Of a DNA stretch of 64,000 nucleotides, positions 38,340 through 48,124 are shown in pieces. Below the pieces are notes generated by a model. That model was not told the origin of the DNA and did no database searches. It saw only the letters and a list, made by a program, of their open reading frames with translations. This stretch comes from Polyangiaceae bacterium (GTDB lineage Bacteria > Myxococcota_A > Polyangia > Polyangiales > Polyangiaceae), in assembly GCA_044222475.1 (NCBI GenBank), contig JBGANF010000001.1:32001-96000 (forward strand), given 5' to 3'. The position numbers and the translations under genes were made by a program. Position 1 is the stretch's first letter; each line of letters begins with the position of its first letter.

Positions 38340-39647
38340 TCAATCCGCGTCGGCAGCCAGGAACTGGTGGGTGACGAAGTCGCCGAGTCCCTGCACGAAG
38401 GGCATCGCGACCTCGTCGTACTCGTATTGGTCGTCGTTCATCGTCCCGTTGGCGTTGGTGTAGAGCGTCGCGGCGACGAACACCGATCGCCCGGTCGTTT
38501 CGTCCACGACGTACGAGTTCTGCACGATGAAGCCGTACGACCGCCCCCCTTTGCCGAAGGCTCGGATGCGGTGACCCGGCGAAGCGGCCCGAATCGCAAG
38601 GAGCAGCGGCTTGTGAAGTGGGTCGAGCCCCGCGCCGCCGATCACCCGCGGGTTCTTGGACTCGCTCGGCACGGTCTCGAGCGCGTCGACGAGGAGCGCC
38701 CGGTCGTCGGGGTCGAGCCGAACCGCCTTCCCGGGGACGAGCTCCGGCCGAACGACGGCGATCAGGAGATCCTGGAGATCGCGGAGCGAGATCCGGTTCT
38801 TGTCCTCGAACGTCATCGGCGCTTCGACCCGCCGCCCGTAGCCGTCGAGGTGCGCGACGCCGACCAGCACGCGCGGAACGTCGTTCCCGCCGAGCACGAG
38901 CGTCCCGAACCGCTCCGGCAGGACGATCGGCTCGCCGTGGGCGGGGACGAGCTCGACGTGCGGCGAGCGACGGGCATCGTGACCGAAGGCCCCCAGATGG
39001 TGTCGAAGGCGCGCGGAGGTGAAGCCGTCGTCGAGCAGGCGCGTGTTGAGCTCGTCGTGACCGACGAAGTCGAAGAGGCGATTGAACGCCTCGTTGTCCG
39101 AGAGGACGAGCGCCTTGCGGATCTCCTGCCCGATGGAGATCCGACCGGTTTCCGAGTCGGTGGGGTCGAGCACGTCGAACGACCCCATCGCGTTCTGGAT
39201 GCGGAGCGGCGTCGCAGCGTCGAGCTCGCTGGTGGGCGCGTCCCGACGCAGGGCGCCGAGCTTCTCCAACGCGGCAACGGCGGCGCAGAGCTTGATGGCG
39301 CTCGCGGGGTAGAAATACTCGGCATCCGCGCGGTAGCTCAGCCGCTGCAGCTCCGCTCCGCTGGAACCAGCGACCGGAGCGGCGATCAGCACCTCGAGGC
39401 GGAGGTGCTCGGCGTCGTCGAGAAGGCTCGCGATCGCGGGCTCGTGGCGCAGGCGGGGCTCGAGACCGACGTCGGGGTCGATGCGCGCGCTGGCGACCCG
39501 CACGGAGGTGGCGCCGGAGACGTTGGGACCGCACGCCAGGACGAACGACGAGACGATCAGAGCGAGCACGACGCGACACACGGGCGAGATCTTTCCTTCT
39601 CGTAGGAGACGATGAAGATCGTAGGTCTCGCGTCGGGGCCGGGCCAT
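38340..39647 (-). CDS. Serine hydrolase, class A beta-lactamase-like (start uncertain)
   Basis: YPASAIK (SxxK), SDN, KGG motifs. Confidence 0.8.
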   Translation of the reverse strand: MARPRRETYDLHRLLREGKISPVCRVVLALIVSSFVLACGPNVSGATSVRVASARIDPDVGLEPRLRHEPAIASLLDDAEHLRLEVLIAAPVAGSSGAELQRLSYRADAEYFYPASAIKLCAAVAALEKLGALRRDAPTSELDAATPLRIQNAMGSFDVLDPTDSETGRISIGQEIRKALVLSDNEAFNRLFDFVGHDELNTRLLDDGFTSARLRHHLGAFGHDARRSPHVELVPAHGEPIVLPERFGTLVLGGNDVPRVLVGVAHLDGYGRRVEAPMTFEDKNRISLRDLQDLLIAVVRPELVPGKAVRLDPDDRALLVDALETVPSESKNPRVIGGAGLDPLHKPLLLAIRAASPGHRIRAFGKGGRSYGFIVQNSYVVDETTGRSVFVAATLYTNANGTMNDDQYEYDEVAMPFVQGLGDFVTHQFLAADAD

Positions 39648-39709
39648 GGCGAAAGATCCACCGAACCTGTCGGCACACTCGACATGGGACGGGGAGGATT
39701 GCTTCCGCT

Positions 39710-40219
39710 TCAGTTCAGCCAGATCAAGAGGCCGCGACCGTCTTGCGCGGCTCTGCGGACCAGCGCTCGGACGTCGTCGTAGGCGCCGGAGAAGTAGCCG
39801 AACTCGTCGCCCGCGGCCGGATTGAGGGTGCTCCATCCGCCGGGGTAGATCTCGAGCTCTTCCATCTTGGCGGCGTCGTAGCGGCGGACCAGCTCGCTCG
39901 TCGGCACCTTCTCGAGTGCGCGGTCCAGCGCGACGACGTCGCGGCTCCGAAGCGCGCGGGCCGGGCCGTAGCCCACGTCTTCATCGCCGATCGCCTCGCC
40001 TCCGACCGCGATGAAGTCGAGCGGCGCCGTACCTTCCCAGGCCGAGCCCGTGAGCAGGAAGTGGAGCGCGTGCCACGCCTTGTCGACGTCGACGTGGTCC
40101 GCTGGCTCGTCGACCTCGTAGACCCGGCGCTCGAGGAAGCTCTGGATGGTCTCCGGCGCGGCGAGGAGCCCGGAGATGTCTTCATCGGAGACGAGAAGAA
40201 AATTGCCGATCATGCTCAT
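39710..40219 (-). CDS. YfbM/DUF1877 family protein
   Basis: MSMIG, DVDKAWHALHFLLTG, GYGPAR, IYPGGW. Confidence 0.88.
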   Translation of the reverse strand: MSMIGNFLLVSDEDISGLLAAPETIQSFLERRVYEVDEPADHVDVDKAWHALHFLLTGSAWEGTAPLDFIAVGGEAIGDEDVGYGPARALRSRDVVALDRALEKVPTSELVRRYDAAKMEELEIYPGGWSTLNPAAGDEFGYFSGAYDDVRALVRRAAQDGRGLLIWLN

Positions 40220-42543
40220 GAGACACCCTTGGAGCTTGCGAATCGTCGTCGGAGATCTCGCCGCAGGATGAACGTCAACCGAATCGCGACCAGGATCGTC
40301 ACGAAGGAAAATACCCAGCGCAGCGGCTCGAACGGCGGCGGGGGTGGAAGTCGGATCGGCCCTTGCGCCGCTTCTTCCAGGAGCTTCGCGTGCGCGGCGG
40401 CGTTCGCTCGGCCGAAGTTGCCGTCCGCGTTTCGCGGGTCGAAGCCGTACGCGAGGAGCTGGTTGTCGTCGGTGATCACCTTGCCCGCATCTGCGTAGCG
40501 CGTGAACGCGGTCGACCCGATCAACGAGGTACGGATCGCCTCGTTCGTCAACGTGCGACCCGGTGATTCACGGTCGAGACCGGGCCACTCTGTACCAAAC
40601 TGGGATGCATCGTTCTTGCCGAGAAGGATCCCGGTGCCCGACGACGGGTGAACCCACAGCACCGCGTTCGGAAACACCGCCCGGAACGTCGTCGCGATCG
40701 ACGCACCGCGCAGCGGATCGACCAGGTGAAATGGCAGCCACTGCGCCGCGATGCCGCCTGGATTCAGGCGCGAACGCACGAGCTCGTAGAACTCGCGCGA
40801 GTAGAGCGCATTCACGCCGGCGAACGTCGGCGGCATCGGCTCGAGCGTGATCACATCGTACGTGGTCTTCGTGCGTCGAAGCCAGGAGCGCCCGTCGACG
40901 CGGTGATGGTGCACGATCGGATCGTCGAGCACGCCTTCGTTCTTGGGGAACTGCCCCGCGAGATCGAACACGGCCTGGCTGATGTCCACGATGTCGAGCG
41001 ACTCGACGTGCTCGCGGCGGAGCGCGTTCGCCGTCTGCCCCGTGCCGAAGCAGATCACCAGCGCCGGTCCCGGCTTCGGGTGAAGCAGCGCCGGCAGGCG
41101 GCCCATCCACACCATGTAGTCAGCAAACCCGGCCTCGGACGTGGCGACGAACCCGTCGATGTAGAGCTGCCGCGTGCCGTCCGTCTGCTCCACGACCGAC
41201 ACCGTGAAGTCCGCCGATTCACGAAACGCGAGGAGCTTGCCGGGCCCCGCGCCGATCGTCCGCGTGCGACCGACGCCCGACTCGAACGTGATCGCCAGCC
41301 CCAACGCGACCACGGTCGCTCCTAGGGCGATCATCCGCGTTCGCCCCCGCACCGCCGCGAGCGCCACGAGCGCCACGAGACCGCCGACGAGCCACGCGGT
41401 GCGCGCGATCCCGATGGACGGGAGCAGCACCCACGCCGCGAGGAGCGCACCGCCGATCGCGCCGATCGTGTTCACCGCGTACAGCGCGCCCCACCCCCGC
41501 GCGCCGGCTTGATCTTCGAGGACCCACGGCAGCGCGATCCCGAGGAGGAACATCGCCGGGCCTACCACGAGCAACGTCTGCAGGAACCAGCTCGGAAGCA
41601 GGAAGAAGAAGAACGGCACGTTGCTCAGCGCGTCGAAGCGCTCGACGATCGGCGTCGCGATCAGAATCGCGACCGCCGACGCCGCGAGCCACGGCCCGAC
41701 CGTGCCGCCGCGCGAGCGCAGCCACGGCGCGACCCGGGCCGCGAGGGCGATCGGTACGAGCACCGCGGCCACGAGGATCGCGAACGTGTACGTCGTACTG
41801 AAGTAGGCCGCGCGCAGCGCGCGGAACCACGCGACCTCGAGCGCGAACGTCGCGAGCCCGGTCACGAGAACGATTGCCCCCGCCAGCGCGGGCACCATGG
41901 GCTTCGGCTTCTTCGCGTCGGCAAGGGCCGCCGTCGGCGCTTCACCCGCCGCAGGCAGCGAGAACGCGAGCGCGAAGATCGAAAGGTCGATCGCCGACAC
42001 GAGCGCCACGCTCCAACCCACTCCGAGCGCGGGCATGACCACGAGCGCCAGCACGAGCGTCCCGATCGCGGCCCCAAGCGTGTTGAGGCCATACAGGTGC
42101 GAGAGCTTCGTCCCGTATTGCCGCGCGACGAGACCGAACAGCGGGAGCGACGCGCCCATCGCGCACGTGGGAAGGCCCAGCACCAGCACCAAGCCGATCA
42201 CGTGCAGCGGCGACGCGCTCGCATCTGCGGCGAGCCCTGCATCCGCGCGCGCGACAGCGGCCAGCGCCGGCCGCAGGGCGAGCCCCGAGAGCCCGACCAG
42301 AAGCTCGAGCACGGCGTACCAACGAAGCGGACGCGCCGGAGCGCGCTTCTCGAGCACGCGGCCCATGAGCCACGCGCCGAGGCTCATCCCGCCCATCATG
42401 CAGGCGAGCGTGAGCGCGGTCCCCTCGGCCGAGACGCCGAGCGAGAGACCGAGCTCCAGCTGCCAGATGACCTCCCACGAAAGCGCGGCGATGCCCCCGA
42501 AGAGCACCGCCGCGTGGATGAGTGTCTTCGGCTGAACCGGCAA
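40216..42543 (-). CDS. Fused MFS-like membrane domain/spermidine synthase-like protein
   Basis: Many TMs with YGLNTLGA motifs, then LYIDG, ICFGTGQT, DGR, YDVITLEP. Confidence 0.85.
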   Translation of the reverse strand: MPVQPKTLIHAAVLFGGIAALSWEVIWQLELGLSLGVSAEGTALTLACMMGGMSLGAWLMGRVLEKRAPARPLRWYAVLELLVGLSGLALRPALAAVARADAGLAADASASPLHVIGLVLVLGLPTCAMGASLPLFGLVARQYGTKLSHLYGLNTLGAAIGTLVLALVVMPALGVGWSVALVSAIDLSIFALAFSLPAAGEAPTAALADAKKPKPMVPALAGAIVLVTGLATFALEVAWFRALRAAYFSTTYTFAILVAAVLVPIALAARVAPWLRSRGGTVGPWLAASAVAILIATPIVERFDALSNVPFFFFLLPSWFLQTLLVVGPAMFLLGIALPWVLEDQAGARGWGALYAVNTIGAIGGALLAAWVLLPSIGIARTAWLVGGLVALVALAAVRGRTRMIALGATVVALGLAITFESGVGRTRTIGAGPGKLLAFRESADFTVSVVEQTDGTRQLYIDGFVATSEAGFADYMVWMGRLPALLHPKPGPALVICFGTGQTANALRREHVESLDIVDISQAVFDLAGQFPKNEGVLDDPIVHHHRVDGRSWLRRTKTTYDVITLEPMPPTFAGVNALYSREFYELVRSRLNPGGIAAQWLPFHLVDPLRGASIATTFRAVFPNAVLWVHPSSGTGILLGKNDASQFGTEWPGLDRESPGRTLTNEAIRTSLIGSTAFTRYADAGKVITDDNQLLAYGFDPRNADGNFGRANAAAHAKLLEEAAQGPIRLPPPPPFEPLRWVFSFVTILVAIRLTFILRRDLRRRFASSKGVS

Positions 42544-42547
42544 CGAC

Positions 42548-43753
42548 TCAGGCTTCGGCGCGAAGCTCGCGCTTCTTGCCGTTCGCCTTGGCGGTCTTGC
42601 CGCCGAGGTCGCTGGCGATCTTCGCCGCGCGGTGGGTCTTCTCCCACGGGAACTCGCTGCGACCGAAGTGGCCGTACGCCGCCGTCGCCTTGTAGATCGG
42701 GGCGAGGAGACCGAGCTCGTCGATCAGCGCCTTGGGGCGCATGTCGAACTTGTCCATGATGTACTTCTCGAGCTTCTCGTCGCTGACGGAGCCGGTGCCG
42801 AACGTGTTGACGTGGACACCGACCGGCTGCGCGACGCCGATCGCGTACGCGATCTGCACTTCGCAACGCGACGCGATCTTCGACGCGACGACGTTCTTCG
42901 CGATGAAGCGCGCGTAGTAGCAGGCGCTGCGGTCGACCTTGGACGGGTCCTTGCCGCTGAACGCGCCGCCGCCGTGACGGCCCATGCCGCCGTACGAGTC
43001 GACGATGATCTTGCGACCGGTGAGGCCGCAGTCGCCCTGCGGGCCACCGATGACGAAGCGACCCGTCGGGTTGACGTGGTACTTCGTGTTCTTGTCGATG
43101 AGCTTCTTCGGGATCACCTTCTCGATGACGAGATCGACGATGGCTTCGCGGAGCGTCTTGTACTTCACGTCCGGCGAGTGCTGGGTCGAGACGACGATCG
43201 CGTCGACGCGGACCGGGGTCGTTCCGTCGTACTCGAGGGTGACCTGGGTCTTGCCGTCGGGGCGGAGGAAGTCGACCTTCTTGGACTTGCGGATCGCAGC
43301 GAGCTGACGCGCGAGCGAGTGCGCGTAGTCGATCGGCGCGGGCATGAGGTTCGGGGTCTCGTCGCAGGCGAAGCCGAACACGAGGCCCTGGTCGCCCGCG
43401 CCCTGCTCCTTGTGGAGGCCTTCACCCTCGGTGACGCCTTGCGAGATGTCCGGGCTCTGCTGCTCGATCGCCGTGAGGACCGCGCACGTCTCCGAGTCGA
43501 AGCCCATGTCCGAGCTCGTGTACCCGATGTCGCGAACGGCCTGACGGACGAGCTTCGGGTAGTCGACGATGGCGGTAGTGGTGATCTCGCCGGCGACGAC
43601 GACCATGCCGGTCTTCGCGAGCGACTCGCACGCGACGCGGGAGCGCTTGTCCTGGGTCAGGAGGGCATCGAGGATCGTGTCACTGACGGCATCGCACAGC
43701 TTGTCGGGGTGCCCTTCGGTGACGGATTCGGACGTGAAGCGATAACGGGACAT
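42548..43753 (-). CDS. metK: S-adenosylmethionine synthetase
   Basis: [33 protein letters not shown]. Confidence 0.98.
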   Translation of the reverse strand: MSRYRFTSESVTEGHPDKLCDAVSDTILDALLTQDKRSRVACESLAKTGMVVVAGEITTTAIVDYPKLVRQAVRDIGYTSSDMGFDSETCAVLTAIEQQSPDISQGVTEGEGLHKEQGAGDQGLVFGFACDETPNLMPAPIDYAHSLARQLAAIRKSKKVDFLRPDGKTQVTLEYDGTTPVRVDAIVVSTQHSPDVKYKTLREAIVDLVIEKVIPKKLIDKNTKYHVNPTGRFVIGGPQGDCGLTGRKIIVDSYGGMGRHGGGAFSGKDPSKVDRSACYYARFIAKNVVASKIASRCEVQIAYAIGVAQPVGVHVNTFGTGSVSDEKLEKYIMDKFDMRPKALIDELGLLAPIYKATAAYGHFGRSEFPWEKTHRAAKIASDLGGKTAKANGKKRELRAEA

Positions 43754-43887
43754 CAGATTCTCCTGGTCGATCAGACGCGAGACGTACACACCCGGAGGCG
43801 AAGGCCGACGACGGGTGCCCGCGAGGGTCGCGGACCTTAGCGCACCTTTACGCCCGTGGCTCGCGCAAAAAGACGGCTGAGAGGAGA

Positions 43888-43923
43888 GAACAGGAAGGGC
43901 GGAAGGACGGAAGGATTTGGGGG
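43888..43923 (+). repeat. Solo copy of the GxxExxY-flanking repeat
   Basis: GAACAGGAAGGGCGGAAGGACGGAAGGATTTGGGG, near-identical to 53687-53721. Confidence 0.85.
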
Positions 43924-43935
43924 ATTTGCGAGCTG

Positions 43936-44838
43936 TCAGCGTTTTTTGCGCTCGCTCTTGGGCCGACGGATCAGCCCTCCCGTCGGCTTCGCCGGGGCCG
44001 AGGTCGGTTTTTCGCCTCCCGGTCCCACCGGGCCCGCCTTGCCGGCGATCGCGAGGCGCGTGTGCTCCTCGATGCGGTCGAGCAGCGTCACGTAGCTCGC
44101 GTTGACGAACTTCATGCGGGCGCTCTCGACGGGTGCGAAGACGTCTTCGCCCGCCACCCAGCGGTCGGCCGCGGTCGGGTCCGTCAAGAGGAGGAGGGTC
44201 GAGGCCGCGATGTCCACGACGCGGTACTCGAGCTTCGCCATGCGGAGCCCGGCGATCATGCCGATCCATGCAGTCTGCAAGTTTCGGTGTTGGATCGGGT
44301 TGAGCTCCACCATCGTGTCGCCGCGCTCCTCGGTGAACACGCGGATGCAGAGCGACACGTCGACGGAGTTGAACGCGCGGCACGGCCCCGGGCGCACCGT
44401 GTGGATCGTGCAGCTCTGCTTTTCGACGTCGAGGAACGCGCACGGGTTGCCCTTGTGCGCACCTGCGAGCCCGCGCGCCTCGTTGCGCTCGACCGCGGCG
44501 CGGAGCACGGGGAGGAGCGCCTCGATCTCCGCTGGTGTTCGCGTCGAGCGGATGTGGTCCGCGACCCAGAGCGCCTCCGGTCCGCACACCGGAACGGATT
44601 GGTAGCAGCAGTGCGCGCACCCTTCGGCGCACACCGGCATCGCGACCTTGAAGGGGTTGTCCTTCTGGAGCAGCCGCTCGACCGCGACGTCCGCGCGGTG
44701 GTGGTGCATCTCCGCGAGCTCGATCGCGCGTTGGGGCGTGAGCCCCATCTTGATGACCTCGAGGGTCGTCCGCGCTCCGGCCACGCCGAATTGGGTGTGA
44801 GCCTCGGGCTTGAGCTCCTTCGCTTCGAGTTTCTTCAT
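43936..44838 (-). CDS. YkgJ family cysteine-cluster protein
   Basis: CAEGCAHCC and CAFLD...[12 protein letters not shown]. Confidence 0.85.
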   Translation of the reverse strand: MKKLEAKELKPEAHTQFGVAGARTTLEVIKMGLTPQRAIELAEMHHHRADVAVERLLQKDNPFKVAMPVCAEGCAHCCYQSVPVCGPEALWVADHIRSTRTPAEIEALLPVLRAAVERNEARGLAGAHKGNPCAFLDVEKQSCTIHTVRPGPCRAFNSVDVSLCIRVFTEERGDTMVELNPIQHRNLQTAWIGMIAGLRMAKLEYRVVDIAASTLLLLTDPTAADRWVAGEDVFAPVESARMKFVNASYVTLLDRIEEHTRLAIAGKAGPVGPGGEKPTSAPAKPTGGLIRRPKSERKKR

Positions 44839-44842
44839 CGCG

Positions 44843-45694
44843 TCACTTGGGCCGGTCCGAGATCTTCACGCGAACGCTCGGGCGATGGGGGAGCTCGATC
44901 TCTTCGCCCGGTGCCGCGCCGATCGCGATCGTGGCGGCGGGTTGGAACGACAGCGCAACCCCGGGCCCGCCGACGAGCTCCAGGAAGCGCGCCCGGATCT
45001 TCTGCACCTTCGTCTCGCCCAGGGCCACGAGCTCGGGGTACCAGCGCAACGCCGGCACCATCGCATCGACGAACTCGTCGGTCGTGGTGAAGACCTGGGT
45101 GTGACGGATGATGGTGTGGCGCACCATCACGAGCCCAGCGGACTCGAACAGGTGCCCAAGCGACGAGCGGTCGACGGTTGCGTCACCGTGCGCCTTCACC
45201 CGAAGCTCGACGGCGTGCTCGGCCACGGCGTCGAGGTAGAGCTCGTACGGATCGTCTTCGGCCGCCGGTCCCCACGCCATGAGACCGATCTTCCCGTGGT
45301 GGGCCAGCGCGTCGCGCCACGCCTCGAGCGCGCCGCGCTCGTCGTCCATCGAGAGCGACGAGAACGCGCTGGCGATGATCGAGAACGGCGCTCCGCTGGT
45401 CTCCGTCATCGGCGCGGGCTCGAACGTGGCCCGCCCCGCGACGCCAGCGTCCTTCAGGCGCTTGTGTACCGACTCGCTCCAGGTGGCGTCGGGATCGGTC
45501 GCGCGAACGTGACCGGACTCGCCGACGGCGCGCGCGAACGCGATCGCGTCGGTGCCGGGGCCGCAGCCGGGGACGAGCACCTTGTCGCCCTCTTTCGCCC
45601 CGAGCTGCTCGACGAAATCGCGGTGATACGGGAGAAACCGCGGGAGAAAGCTCTCGAGGTAACTCGGCGCGGTTCGGTTCCAGGGCATCCCCAT
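44843..45694 (-). CDS. Class I SAM-dependent methyltransferase
   Basis: VLVPGCGPGTD, VRATD motifs. Confidence 0.75.
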   Translation of the reverse strand: MGMPWNRTAPSYLESFLPRFLPYHRDFVEQLGAKEGDKVLVPGCGPGTDAIAFARAVGESGHVRATDPDATWSESVHKRLKDAGVAGRATFEPAPMTETSGAPFSIIASAFSSLSMDDERGALEAWRDALAHHGKIGLMAWGPAAEDDPYELYLDAVAEHAVELRVKAHGDATVDRSSLGHLFESAGLVMVRHTIIRHTQVFTTTDEFVDAMVPALRWYPELVALGETKVQKIRARFLELVGGPGVALSFQPAATIAIGAAPGEEIELPHRPSVRVKISDRPK

Positions 45695-45725
45695 CGCGGA
45701 GGGATCATACGATATCCTCCGGCTC

Positions 45726-46523
45726 GTGGAGAGGATCGCGTCACGCCTGTCGATCGCGCTCGTCGCGCTGGCGGCGGCGTCGCTCGTCGGCGCCCGAGCG
45801 GCGGCGGACGAAGGGGCGGCGTGCCCCTTCCCTGCGTCCGACGCCAAGGAGCTCGCCGGGCGCGACCTCGTCCGTGCGGCGCGCACCAAACTCCAGAGCT
45901 GCGTGGCCGCGTGCACCGGCGAAGAGCACGCGATGTGCCGTGCCGCGCTCGACGCGCTCCACGTGCCGACGATCGTCGTCACCGTCGCCGACTCCACCGA
46001 GGCGCGCGCGCCTCGGAGCGACGTCCGCGTCGTCGTCGACGGCGAGGAGGCGAAGCCGAACGTCCCCATCGAGGTCGATCCCGGGCCGCACCTCGTACAG
46101 GTGCAAGGTGCACGCATCGGGGCGGAGCAGAGGATCGTCGTCGGCGGAGGCGCGCGCGATCTCGCGGTGACGTTCGAGACGCCGAAGAACGCGGTCGAGG
46201 TCGAGGCCGAGCAAGGCGGACCCGGCGCGTGGCCTTGGGTCTTCATCGGCACCGGGTTCGTCGGCATCACGATGGGCATGATCCTCGCGGCGGTCGCCCA
46301 GATGAAGCCGGTGCGGGACCCGGATACGGACCGATTCGAGCCCGACGAAACCCTGCGCGCCGCCGGAGTCACGTCGGTGATCCTCGGCATCGGCTTCGTC
46401 GGAGGCGGGATCATCTGGCACTTCCTGGAGAAGAAGCCGGTCGCCGCGAAGCCCACGCGAACCGCGATCGCCCCGTGGATCGGGGCCGGCTCGTTCGGCC
46501 TCGCGATGGAGCGCGTGTTCTAG
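45726..46523 (+). CDS. Secreted PEGA-like/TM protein
   Basis: Signal peptide, VVVDG...EVDPGPH, C-terminal hydrophobic segments. Confidence 0.65.
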   Translation: MERIASRLSIALVALAAASLVGARAAADEGAACPFPASDAKELAGRDLVRAARTKLQSCVAACTGEEHAMCRAALDALHVPTIVVTVADSTEARAPRSDVRVVVDGEEAKPNVPIEVDPGPHLVQVQGARIGAEQRIVVGGGARDLAVTFETPKNAVEVEAEQGGPGAWPWVFIGTGFVGITMGMILAAVAQMKPVRDPDTDRFEPDETLRAAGVTSVILGIGFVGGGIIWHFLEKKPVAAKPTRTAIAPWIGAGSFGLAMERVF

Positions 46524-46564
46524 GTCGAAATTTCGCGTTCGGGGAGCTAGTCTCCGGACCCGCC

Positions 46565-47665
46565 ATGACGGACCTCAAGCGCACGCCCCTCTACGAGCAA
46601 CACAAGAAGGCCGGCGGCCGCATCGTCCCCTTCGCCGGCTGGGAGATGCCTGTACAATACACAGGTATCACCGACGAGCACCAAGCGGTCCGCACCGCGG
46701 CCGGCCTCTTCGACGTGTCGCACATGGGCGAGCTCGAGATGTCCGGGCAGTACGCCGCCCAGGTCGTCGACTACCTCATCACCAACGACGCGTCGAAGCT
46801 CGCCGTCGGTCAGGCGCTCTACACGTGCGCCTGCAACGAGAAGGGCACCGTCCTCGACGATCTCATCGTCTACCGCGCGGGCGAGCAGTCGTTCCTCATC
46901 GTCTGCAACGCGTCCAACCACGAGAAGATGGCGGCCCACTTCAAGAAGGCGGCCGAGAACCACTGCGACTTCAAGGACAAGTCGAGCGAGACCGCGCTCC
47001 TCGCCCTCCAGGGCCCCAAGGCGTTCGACATCCTCGCCAAGTGCGGCGCCGACGCGGCGAAGCTCGTGGAGCTGAAGAGCTTCACCTTCCGCGACGTCGT
47101 CATCGCCAACGTGCGGTGCACCGCTGCGCGCACCGGCTACACCGGCGAAGACGGCGTCGAGATCTTCTGCGCCTGGAACGACGCACCGCAGCTCTGGGAG
47201 CAGCTCATGGAGCTCGGAGGCCCGCTCGGCCTCAAGCCGGCCGGCTTGGGCTGCCGCGACACGCTGCGCCTCGAAGCGCGCTTGTCCCTCTACGGGAACG
47301 ACATCGACGAGACGACGAACCCGCTCGAGGCCGGCCTCGGCTGGGTCGTGAAGCTCGGCAAGGGCGACTTCATCGGCAAGGCGGCGCTCGAGGCGATCAA
47401 GGCCAAGGGGCTCACGCGCAAGATCGTCGGCTTCGAGGTCACCGGCCGCGGGATCGCGCGCCACGGCTACCCGCTGCGCGATCTCGAGGGCAAAGAGGTC
47501 GGCATCTGCACCAGCGGAAGCCCCTGCCCCACCGTCGGCAAGAACCTCGGCCTCGGCTATCTACCGACCGGGATGACCGACGTCGGGACGAAGTTCCTCG
47601 TCGATTGCCGAGGCAAGAACATCGAAGCGGTCGTCGTGCCGACGCCGTTCTACAAGCGGAAGTGA
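46565..47665 (+). CDS. gcvT: Glycine cleavage system aminomethyltransferase T
   Basis: [34 protein letters not shown]. Confidence 0.97.
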   Translation: MTDLKRTPLYEQHKKAGGRIVPFAGWEMPVQYTGITDEHQAVRTAAGLFDVSHMGELEMSGQYAAQVVDYLITNDASKLAVGQALYTCACNEKGTVLDDLIVYRAGEQSFLIVCNASNHEKMAAHFKKAAENHCDFKDKSSETALLALQGPKAFDILAKCGADAAKLVELKSFTFRDVVIANVRCTAARTGYTGEDGVEIFCAWNDAPQLWEQLMELGGPLGLKPAGLGCRDTLRLEARLSLYGNDIDETTNPLEAGLGWVVKLGKGDFIGKAALEAIKAKGLTRKIVGFEVTGRGIARHGYPLRDLEGKEVGICTSGSPCPTVGKNLGLGYLPTGMTDVGTKFLVDCRGKNIEAVVVPTPFYKRK

Positions 47666-47681
47666 GAAGGAGCTGACAGCG

Positions 47682-48074
47682 ATGAGCGACATGACTTTCC
47701 CGGATGGCCTCTCGTACACCAAGGACCACGAGTGGGCGAAGGTGGAGGGGAACAAGATCACCGTGGGCATCACCGGCTTCGCCGTCGAGCAGCTCGGGGA
47801 CATCACCCTCGTGAACTTCGACGTGAAGGTCGGCGACACCGTGACCGAGGGCAAGGCCTTCGGAACGATCGAGAGCGTAAAGACGCTGAGCGATCTGTTC
47901 GCGCCGATCAGCGGCAAGGTCGTCGCGCTCAACGCCGACCTCGACAAGAAGCCCGAGCTCGTCAACGAGGACTGCTACGGGAAGGCCTGGATGGTCGTCA
48001 TCGAGGCTTCCGGCCCGATCTCTGGTTTGCTCGACCAGAAGGCCTACACGGCGCACGTCAAAGCGGCTGGCTGA
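47682..48074 (+). CDS. gcvH: Glycine cleavage system protein H
   Basis: YTKDHEW, GITGFA, IESVK lipoyl-Lys motif. Confidence 0.97.
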   Translation: MSDMTFPDGLSYTKDHEWAKVEGNKITVGITGFAVEQLGDITLVNFDVKVGDTVTEGKAFGTIESVKTLSDLFAPISGKVVALNADLDKKPELVNEDCYGKAWMVVIEASGPISGLLDQKAYTAHVKAAG

Positions 48075-48124
48075 CCCCCGCGCGTCATGTACACTGAACG
48101 GGATCTCATCCCTGGAGGTGTTCC

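Noticed and set aside
38340..39647. Bona fide antibiotic-resistance beta-lactamase
   Set aside because: Only generic SxxK/SDN/KxG motifs with large insertions; substrate cannot be inferred
43754..43887. SAM riboswitch upstream of metK
   Set aside because: No SAM-I or SAM-II consensus recognisable by eye; an Rfam scan would be needed to exclude it
46524..46564. Glycine riboswitch upstream of gcvT
   Set aside because: The intergenic gap is only ~40 nt
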